NCBI GenBank assembly: GCA_036265935.1
Contig: DATAOB010000002.1
Coordinates: 1,055 to 65,054, forward strand
Length of the DNA: 64,000 bases
DNA from: Beijerinckiaceae bacterium
Lineage (GTDB): Bacteria > Pseudomonadota > Alphaproteobacteria > Rhizobiales > Beijerinckiaceae
Direction: 5' to 3'
Below, piece after piece: positions 49,100-56,241 of the stretch (positions are counted from its first letter, which is position 1; every line of letters begins with the position of its first letter). Both the position numbers and the translations under genes were made by a program. Below the pieces are notes generated by a model. That model made no database searches and was not told the DNA's origin. It saw nothing but the letters and a program-made list of their open reading frames with translations.

Positions 49100-50302
49100 A
49101 TGGCGCGCCTTTTTGAAGGTTTAAAGGTCCTTGATTGCGGCAGCTTCATTGCGGCGCCCGCAGCTGCGACCATTCTCTCGGATTTCGGCGCCGACGTCAT
49201 AAAGATTGAGCCGCCGGGCGCTGGTGATCCTTACCGCGCTATCCCGAAACTACCCGCCAGCCCGCAGAGCGACGAGAATTACGCCTGGATGCTTGCCTCC
49301 CGGAACAAGCGCGGTCTCGCGCTCGATCTCGGCAAGCCTGCAGCACGGGAGGTCATCTGCCGGCTCATCAGCACCGCCGATATTTTCATTACTAATTTTC
49401 CCCTGGCAGTGCGCAAGAAATTCCGCCTCAACTACGCGGACCTCGCGCCCCTTAACGAGCGGCTGATCTATGCCTCCTTCACTGGCTATGGCGAGCGCGG
49501 AGAGGAGGCCAACAAACCTGGGTTTGATATTACCGCCTGGTGGGCACGATCAGGACTGATGGACGGCGTGCGCACCGAAGCGAAAGCGCCGCCGGCGCGG
49601 CCGCTGACCGGGATGGGCGATCACCCCTCCGGGATTTCGCTTTATGCCAGCATCGTCATGGCGCTTTATCAACGCCAGATCACGGGAAAGGGTGCCTATG
49701 TCGGAACGTCACTCATCGCCAACGGCCTCTGGTCGAACGGCGTCATGGCACAAGCGGCCTTGTGCGGCGCCAGATTCATAGACCGGCCACCCCGCGAGCA
49801 GTCGCTGAACGCTTTCACCAACTATTACCGTTGCGGGGATGGGCGTTGGCTGATCCTGACCATCCTGAACGAGGAGCGGCATTGGCCGGTTCTGGCAAAA
49901 TGCCTAGGACGCGAGGAATTGATCGACGATCCGCGGTTTCTTACCAAACGAGACCGCCTCGCTCACGCGGTCGAACTCACCGCGATTTTCGACGAAGTCT
50001 TTGCCAGCAAAGATCGCGCGGAGTGGCGTGACATTCTAAATGCGGGCGGAATCGTTTTCGATGTTGTCGCATCGGCGCAGGACATCCGCGACGATAAACA
50101 GCTTTTCGCAAACGAAATCCTGGTGCCGTTCGAAGGCGAAGAAACGCTGACGATTACCAGTCCGGTCTTCCTCGCTGGCCAGCAAAAAGCCCTGCCTCGG
50201 CGCCCGCCCGCTGTGGGCGAGCACACCGAGGTCATATTGCGCGAAGCCGGCTACGATGCCGCAGCAATCGAGCGACTTCGCGCTGAGGGTGCCGTCGCAT
50301 GA
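49100..50302 (+). CDS. family III CoA-transferase (CaiB/BaiF type)
   Basis: 400-aa ORF with GLKVLDCGSFIAAPAAATILSDFGADVIKIEPP and the GMGDH region typical of family III CoA-transferases. Confidence 0.85.
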   Translation: MARLFEGLKVLDCGSFIAAPAAATILSDFGADVIKIEPPGAGDPYRAIPKLPASPQSDENYAWMLASRNKRGLALDLGKPAAREVICRLISTADIFITNFPLAVRKKFRLNYADLAPLNERLIYASFTGYGERGEEANKPGFDITAWWARSGLMDGVRTEAKAPPARPLTGMGDHPSGISLYASIVMALYQRQITGKGAYVGTSLIANGLWSNGVMAQAALCGARFIDRPPREQSLNAFTNYYRCGDGRWLILTILNEERHWPVLAKCLGREELIDDPRFLTKRDRLAHAVELTAIFDEVFASKDRAEWRDILNAGGIVFDVVASAQDIRDDKQLFANEILVPFEGEETLTITSPVFLAGQQKALPRRPPAVGEHTEVILREAGYDAAAIERLRAEGAVA

Positions 50303-50318
50303 AGCGGCGGCGGCGGGC

Positions 50319-51079
50319 CTAAGCCGCCGCCTCCCAAAGCTGCGGAACCCAGTCGCGCCCTCGTTCATGCCGCAAGGGATCCTTATAGAAAAGCCTGCGC
50401 AATCCGATGTTCCGATCGAACTTCCTCCACGCTCCTTCGGGCTGCGCAAGACGATCGGCGATCGCTAAGATTGCGGCGGGATTTACGCCAAGCCCAATAT
50501 GGCTTGCTTCGACCTCGATGTTCTCGGTCGTCGCGGTTTCGCGCTCGACACTGCACCGCCAGGCGACGACACCGTCTGTGCGGCTGAAAATCATGTCGTC
50601 GGAACCGGTGGCGGCGAGGCAAATCGCTGATCCCCTATGCTGTCGACCTGCTCGCCGCTTGCGAGCTCATAGACACGCCATGCATTCGTCGCGCGCGGGC
50701 TGCCCTTGAACGGCGTACCCAACGTAATGACGCATCTAACGTCCTCCGGCGCGAGTTTCGCTATCTCCCGCGCGTAAATTCCGCCGAGGCTCCAGCCGAT
50801 GAGCGAGACCTTGCGATCGGATTCGCGTCGCAGTCTTTTCACGCGGTCGAGGCACGCATCCAACACGTCTTCGCGCGGCCCGAGATTAAGACCGAGGCCC
50901 AATTCATGTGGCTTGTAGCCTTGTGCGCGCAGGAACTCCCGCAACGCGAGGGTCGACACATCATCAGCGGTAAGACCGGGGAAGATCAATACGGAATGAC
51001 CGTCGCCGCGTTGGGCCGAATGAAGAATCGGTAATGTCGCGAGGGTCGCCGCATATTCAAGCGATGCCCTCCAAGGCAA
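50319..51079 (-). pseudogene. alpha/beta hydrolase split by a -1 frameshift at 50591-50594
   Basis: ORF 50591..51079 carries the nucleophile elbow GWSLGG. ORF 50319..50594 carries SRTDGVVAW (Asp) and EASHIGLG (His). The junction reads CCGACGACATGATTTTCAGC, so the TGA stop and ATG overlap. Confidence 0.6.
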
Positions 51080-51304
51080 GGAGCAGCTTGCTGGGTGGAC
51101 GAATACTGGTTGGCTGTGCGTGCACTGTTGATGATCCTCTCGAAAGGAAACTCAAAACGACCGGCACGCAGTTTGGTTCGAGAGGCGCGACAAAATGACC
51201 AAGCGATTTCGGTGCGATCGCGGCATCGCTGAACGTTGAAGATTAGTCGATCGCCCGGCCGCAGCAGGTGGAATTCACTTTTGTTAATCGATGGACGCGA
51301 ATAG

Positions 51305-51916
51305 CTACAGGATCACGTCGTATCGCGCCAAAAGCCTATCATCGGCTTTGGCGACATGCATCACAAGTTCGCGGCGAAACAGCCCGTCACTCCGGTTTTG
51401 CTTTTCGCCGGGAAAATAGAATTGGGTCGTCAGCACTGATCTCTGCCCGGGTGCCTGAATCTTCAGGTGATAATGCCGCGTGCGGCCAGGATAGAGCCCG
51501 GGCATGATGGTGCGGAAAAGGAATCGGCCTTCTGCATCCGTGAAAACGTGACCCCGCAGGCGAAAACCCTTATTATCGTAATCCCCCTTCTCGTCGGCAT
51601 GCCACAGATCGACGAGAACGCCGGGAATTGGTCGGCACAAACGTGTCAGCACATACCCGGAAAGCTCGACCGGCTGCCCATCTATGCCAGGCTCTCGCAA
51701 ATCGCTACGCTGCGGCGAGCGCGGCTTGAAGAATGGGCCTTCCGTCTCGGGAAGCGTCGGCTCGTCGCCATCGTGACAGGCGGGTGTTGGCGCAAGGCCT
51801 TGCTCTGCAAGTGCGGCGTTCCCGCAGACCCAGAGGCCGGTGAGGCCGATTGCCCCGCTCGCCAGCATGCGCCGACGCGATGGAGCGCAAACAAGGTCCT
51901 TCATAAGCGCCTCCAT
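51305..51916 (-). CDS. Tat-exported intradiol ring-cleavage dioxygenase family protein
   Basis: ORF 51305..52141, start at Met76 or Met80, both behind GGAGG. Tat motif SRRRMLASGAIGL. Core EGPFFKP...LVDLWHAD...GRTRHYHLKI. Confidence 0.75.
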   Translation of the reverse strand: MEALMKDLVCAPSRRRMLASGAIGLTGLWVCGNAALAEQGLAPTPACHDGDEPTLPETEGPFFKPRSPQRSDLREPGIDGQPVELSGYVLTRLCRPIPGVLVDLWHADEKGDYDNKGFRLRGHVFTDAEGRFLFRTIMPGLYPGRTRHYHLKIQAPGQRSVLTTQFYFPGEKQNRSDGLFRRELVMHVAKADDRLLARYDVIL

Positions 51917-52222
51917 TCCGCCTCCGCCCGCAGCGGAGGGTGGCACTAATCGCGGAGCGAGCGTCCGCCAAACACTCGCGTAGGCGTCCGTCGCTAACGG
52001 GCTAGAATATAGAGGAATTCCGTCCCGTCCATCTCCTGCCGTCCGGCACCCGTGCTGCACGACCCAGGTGCAGTTGGGGGGGTTACCTTTGGGAACCGTC
52101 CCGCGAGAAGAGCCCAGCGATCGGAAGGGTCGGACGGCCAAACCCGGTAAGGACAGGCCTGTATCCCTTCGGAGCTTTGCAGTTGCCAGCGGTGATCAGC
52201 CGGGCGATAAGATGCGCGTATT

Positions 52223-52471
52223 TCACCTTCCAACAGCGTCGCGAATGCATTTCTTAATTGATCGCGTTCGCATCATCCCAGATAAACTCTTCTCGTCAGC
52301 AGCCTCGTCGCAAGTTGCTTTGGCGTCCCTCTTGCAATTGTTCATAAAGCTCTTCAGAGATGGCCCGGAAAGCTTCTTGTCATCGGCCTGCGCCTTGCAT
52401 GTTTCCGTCCGAGCCGCCTTAGCCGGAAACGTCGCTATGGCTAGAACCGCAAGGATATAAATCCATCTCAT
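52223..52471 (-). CDS. PsiF-repeat small secreted protein
   Basis: 82-aa ORF with a signal peptide MRWIYILAVLAIATFPAKA and two C-x-A-x-KKLSG-x-SF-x-C-like repeats (CKAQADDKKLSGPSLKSFMNNC and CDEAADEKSLSGMMRTRSIKKC). Confidence 0.55.
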   Translation of the reverse strand: MRWIYILAVLAIATFPAKAARTETCKAQADDKKLSGPSLKSFMNNCKRDAKATCDEAADEKSLSGMMRTRSIKKCIRDAVGR

Positions 52472-52693
52472 TAGACTGCCTCTCGAAAGGGGCGGAACAC
52501 GACCTGGATCCGTATCCCGCCTCGCCCCAAGGGGCCTGGCATTACCGAAACTTCTCCTGTTAGGCGAGCTTCTACAGCGGAAGCAGATACCCTTCTGTCT
52601 TCGCGCGTCCAGACGCGAAAGGCCCTGAATGTTTCGTTCGCAACCACACCTGATATTTGTTATGAGAGTCTAATCTCGTCAGCGTACATCGTT

Positions 52694-52996
52694 CTACTGC
52701 TTCTTCCCACCAAGCACAGCCTTTGCCGCATCTATCACCGGAACATCATGGTGCGACATACAAAAATCCTTCAGAGCGTTCGATCTACTCCTAAACCGGC
52801 TAACATCTATGATTGTATTGTTCTGCTGTGCATTGAAGAAGCCGCTCAGCCATATCGAAATGGTTCTGGCATCGGTGACTTCGTAGGTGATCAACTGCTT
52901 GCACGTGATCTTCGAGACATCAACCGTCATCTGCGCGTTCGCCGCTGACGTGCCGAAAAGAACCGCTGGAGCTAACACATAGAATCCGACCCGCAT
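52694..52996 (-). CDS. HdeA/HdeB-like periplasmic acid-stress chaperone family protein
   Basis: 100-aa ORF with a signal peptide ending ANA. The mature part DVSKITCKQL...WLSGFFNAQQNNTIIDVS...FC has two Cys spaced as in the HdeA family. The local sequence is low in GC. Confidence 0.55.
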   Translation of the reverse strand: MRVGFYVLAPAVLFGTSAANAQMTVDVSKITCKQLITYEVTDARTISIWLSGFFNAQQNNTIIDVSRFRSRSNALKDFCMSHHDVPVIDAAKAVLGGKKQ

Positions 52997-53057
52997 CTGA
53001 TCACTCCATCTGGTCCGACGCCGAACGCAGGATAGGCACGACAGCCGGCCTCCCTTT

Positions 53058-53546
53058 TTAGGTCCAGCTCAGTGTTATGCCGATATCGCCAGGTACGCCG
53101 CCGGGAAAGTCGACCACCTGGTATCGCAGCTTGTATCCTCGGGGGCGCAGGTGATCGTACCAGAGCTGATACATTTCCCTCGGCAACCCGGTCAGTGTCT
53201 TTTCCCAGCCGGGTTCCTGCTGGTTGATGGCTCGACCGAAATCCGTACAAAGCTCCTTCGGGAAACGATGGACCTGCACTTCGGTCAACCCGTTCTTCAC
53301 GGCGCGGTTGATAACCGCGGCGGCACGTTTCTTCTTCTCCTCCTCCGATAATCCGGAGGGCTTGCTGAGCTGATCGAGAAGTGCCTTCTTCTCCGTCTCC
53401 TCTACCTTTTTCTTGCGCAGATAATCGGCAGCTTTCTTTGCTTCTATCTCGGCGACTTGCCTCATCACGTCGTTTGCAGACGGCAGAATATCGTCCGAGG
53501 CGCCGGGAACGGCACTCTCGCCCCTAGCAGCAGCGCTCTTGACCAT
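53058..53546 (-). CDS. hypothetical cytoplasmic protein (162 aa), no family recognised
   Basis: ATG preceded by GGGAGG. Lys/Glu-rich helical N-half and a compact C-half (FPKELCTDFGRAINQQEPGWEKTLTGLPREMYQLWYDHLRPRGYKLRYQVVDFPGG). Confidence 0.55.
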   Translation of the reverse strand: MVKSAAARGESAVPGASDDILPSANDVMRQVAEIEAKKAADYLRKKKVEETEKKALLDQLSKPSGLSEEEKKKRAAAVINRAVKNGLTEVQVHRFPKELCTDFGRAINQQEPGWEKTLTGLPREMYQLWYDHLRPRGYKLRYQVVDFPGGVPGDIGITLSWT

Positions 53547-53707
53547 TACAGCCTCCCTAGCCTTCCGCTATCGATTGCACATGTGCATCGAGTTTTATAC
53601 CGGTGCGCGGACCTGCCAAGGCGAATCTTCGACGGGCAGCGTTTCTGAATCTCTTCGTTTTCCACGGTTTATGAGCTCCCTTCCTGGCGCATATCCGCAA
53701 CAGCACT

Positions 53708-54514
53708 TCAGTATACCTCCTGCACGCGCTTTACCGTCCGAAGCATGTGGAGATCGTCGTATGCGCCCTTCTCGGAGCGTTTCGGCAGTTGCACCTTCTT
53801 TTTTGATATTCTTTCGAACGGTATGGCTTTCAAAATATGAGAAATGCAGTTAAGGCGCGCACGCCGCTTGTCATCGGAATGTAAGATGTACCATGGCGCG
53901 TGTGGACTATTCGTGCGCGCCAGCATCGCATCTCGAGCCTTGGAATAGTCGTACCAGCGGCGATACGACTCAAGATCCATTGGGCTGAGCTTCCATTGCC
54001 GCAAGGGCTCGTCGATTCTTGCGTGGAACCTGCGCTCCTGTTCTTCCATACCGACCTCAAGCCAAAACTTGATCAGAATCATCCCACTGTTTACGAGATG
54101 CCTCTCGATTTCAGGGCACAGCTCGAGAAACCGTTCGTACTGGTCGTCGGTACAAAAGCCCATGACATGCTCTACCCCCGCCCGGTTGTACCAGCTGCGA
54201 TCGAAAATGATCACCTCGCCGGCCGCAGGGAATTGGTTGATGTAACGCTGCATGTACATCTGGGTCTTTTCGCGATCGGACGGCGCCGGGAGGGCAACGA
54301 CGCGGAAGACGCGGGGACTTAGCCGCTCGGTAATGGCCTTGATCGTACCGCCTTTGCCGGCCGCATCGCGCCCTTCGAACAAGATGATGACGCGCGCTCC
54401 CGTCGATTTCACCCAGTCCTGCAAATAGCATAATTGAACCTGGAGCTTTCGCAGCTCCGACAGGTAATCCTTTCGCTTCAGCTTGCCGGAATGTTCAAGG
54501 ACCTCATCTTCCAT
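53708..54514 (-). CDS. ppk2: polyphosphate kinase 2
   Basis: 268-aa ORF with Walker A FEGRDAAGKGGTI, plus DRSWYNRAGVEHVMGF and the lid region, typical of single-domain PPK2. Confidence 0.88.
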   Translation of the reverse strand: MEDEVLEHSGKLKRKDYLSELRKLQVQLCYLQDWVKSTGARVIILFEGRDAAGKGGTIKAITERLSPRVFRVVALPAPSDREKTQMYMQRYINQFPAAGEVIIFDRSWYNRAGVEHVMGFCTDDQYERFLELCPEIERHLVNSGMILIKFWLEVGMEEQERRFHARIDEPLRQWKLSPMDLESYRRWYDYSKARDAMLARTNSPHAPWYILHSDDKRRARLNCISHILKAIPFERISKKKVQLPKRSEKGAYDDLHMLRTVKRVQEVY

Positions 54515-54731
54515 CGTAACAGGCTCCGAGCCTCCGCTGACCTTCGGCTCCGCCCGTCACCGGCACAGCCATGAGAACGGCTTCATAACGAAACCAGCCT
54601 AACGTCGAGAGCACCGGCACGCCAAGAATCATGTCGGCACTTTATGTGCGGCTTCGTCCACCAGGCCTACTGCCAGCGTAATAGGACCTGAACTGCTTTC
54701 AGAAACCTGTCAACGCCGGCAGTCGCGTTCA

Positions 54732-54914
54732 TTACCAGCGACGGTAATGACGCCGCACGGTTCGGCGCGTGACACGTCGCCAATGGCCATAGGCAGCATC
54801 GACGATTTGACCCTCGCTAATCACCGGCGCGGCCGGCATAGGAACGACCGGCATCGCCAGCGTTGGCTCTACAAGCAGAGCTACCGCAACGAACGCATAA
54901 GCAAATTTTCGCAT
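54732..54914 (-). CDS. tiny secreted protein (60 aa) with an Arg/aromatic C-terminal tail
   Basis: Met57 of ORF 54732..55082. GGGAGG lies 6 nt upstream. Signal peptide MRKFAYAFVAVALLVEPTLA. Tail GHWRRVTRRTVRRHYRRW. Confidence 0.5.
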   Translation of the reverse strand: MRKFAYAFVAVALLVEPTLAMPVVPMPAAPVISEGQIVDAAYGHWRRVTRRTVRRHYRRW

Positions 54915-55130
54915 GGCGAACCTCCCAGGAACCCATCTGCCGCTGTGTGCGGCAGGCGCACTCTGAGCGCGTATTATCGAGAAGACAAGCTTTTTTGCGG
55001 GGGTCATGCCCGCCGCATTCTTTAACTTGAACAGGATTAGCGAACGTGCTCTTTTTTGCTTGAGATCATAGCGGCGGCCCATAGCCCCCTACGGTATGAG
55101 CTGGTGACCGCCGCAGATTTGGGGGGTGCG

Positions 55131-56237
55131 ATGCGTGTCGCATTTTACGCAATCACAATCCTGTGTGGGTTGGGCTCCGCTGCGGCAGCCCAGCAGCAAG
55201 CGCCCGCGGCGGCGCCAGTCGGCGTCATTACCGCGCAACGAAAGCCGATTGCAAAGACGCTCGATTTTGTTGGCCGTGTCGAAGCGATAGAGCGTGTCGA
55301 GATCAGAGCCCGGATCACCGGATATCTGGAATCGATTAATTTTCGGGAGGGCGATCTCGTGCGGCAAGGTGCGCCCCTTTACGTCATCGAGAAAGGGCTT
55401 TTCGAAGCAGATGTACAGCGTGCACAGGGGGCGTTGGAGAGAAGCAAAGCGTCGAAGCTGCTGAGCCAGGTCCAGCTGCAACGCGCCGAAGAGCTCCTGG
55501 CACGCAATGCAGGAACGCAAGTCACACGGGATCAAGCGCTCGCCGCAGATCAGCAGGCCGAGGCCGCCATTCTCACCGATGAAGCGAATCTTCAAACGGC
55601 GAAAATCAACCTAAGCTACACCGATATTACCTCTCCGATCACCGGCAAGATCAGCCGCACCGCCGTGACCAAAGGCAATGTGGTAACTCCGCAAACGCCG
55701 CCGCTGACCACGATCGTTAGTCAGGATCCGATGTACGTCGCGTTTCCGGTCAGCCAGCGAGAGTTTCTGCGGGCGCAGAAAGGCGTTAAGGCCAGCGACC
55801 TAAAAAGCATCAAGGCACAGCTGCGCTTTGGCGACGATTCCGTATACAAATATCGGGGCACGATCAATTTCGTCGACGTCAGCGTCGATCGGGCAACGGA
55901 CACGGTGCTGGTACGTGCGACATTTCCTAATACCGAGTCTGGGCTGATCGATGGTCAGCTCGTACGCGTCGGACTGGAAAGCGACAAGCCCGAGGACAAG
56001 ATCGTCATCCCGCAGGCCGCCTTGATCGCCGATCAGGAAGGCGTGTACGTGTTCGTCGCGGACGACGGTAAGGCTGTCATCAGGCGCGTGACGCCCGCGG
56101 GCGAGAGTGGGACGGGCGTCGTCATCGACCAGGGTCTCTCCGGCGGCGAGCTCGTCATCGTCGAGGGACTTCAGAGCCTGCGCGCGGGGATGCCCGTGCG
56201 CGCAAGCCCTGTCGCGCAGGCGATCGACCGGAGCTGA
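55131..56237 (+). CDS. RND efflux periplasmic adaptor (membrane fusion protein)
   Basis: Met26 of ORF 55056..56237. Signal peptide, then lipoyl, coiled-coil and beta-barrel pattern ([29 protein letters not shown]). Confidence 0.88.
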   Translation: MRVAFYAITILCGLGSAAAAQQQAPAAAPVGVITAQRKPIAKTLDFVGRVEAIERVEIRARITGYLESINFREGDLVRQGAPLYVIEKGLFEADVQRAQGALERSKASKLLSQVQLQRAEELLARNAGTQVTRDQALAADQQAEAAILTDEANLQTAKINLSYTDITSPITGKISRTAVTKGNVVTPQTPPLTTIVSQDPMYVAFPVSQREFLRAQKGVKASDLKSIKAQLRFGDDSVYKYRGTINFVDVSVDRATDTVLVRATFPNTESGLIDGQLVRVGLESDKPEDKIVIPQAALIADQEGVYVFVADDGKAVIRRVTPAGESGTGVVIDQGLSGGELVIVEGLQSLRAGMPVRASPVAQAIDRS

Positions 56238-56241
56238 TCCC

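Noticed and set aside
50306-50331. A 9-bp all-GC hairpin (GGCGGCGGC-N8-GCCGCCGCC) between the convergent CoA-transferase and hydrolase genes, considered as a bidirectional terminator.
   Set aside because: There is no U-tract on either strand, and the hairpin overlaps the hydrolase C-terminal codons. It may still pause transcription, but I cannot support a terminator call.
54540-54665. A 42-codon upstream ORF (MILGVPVLSTLGWFRYEAVL...) ending just inside the ppk2 start.
   Set aside because: There is no RBS, and it is very short with no conservation evidence available. It is probably fortuitous.
54841-54864. GGAAC-N15-CGTT, resembling the EcfG general-stress promoter, on the plus strand upstream of the RND operon.
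   Set aside because: The spacer is 15 nt rather than the 16-17 nt of the consensus. It lies inside the small secreted-protein ORF and about 270 nt from the adaptor ATG. Not convincing without TSS data.
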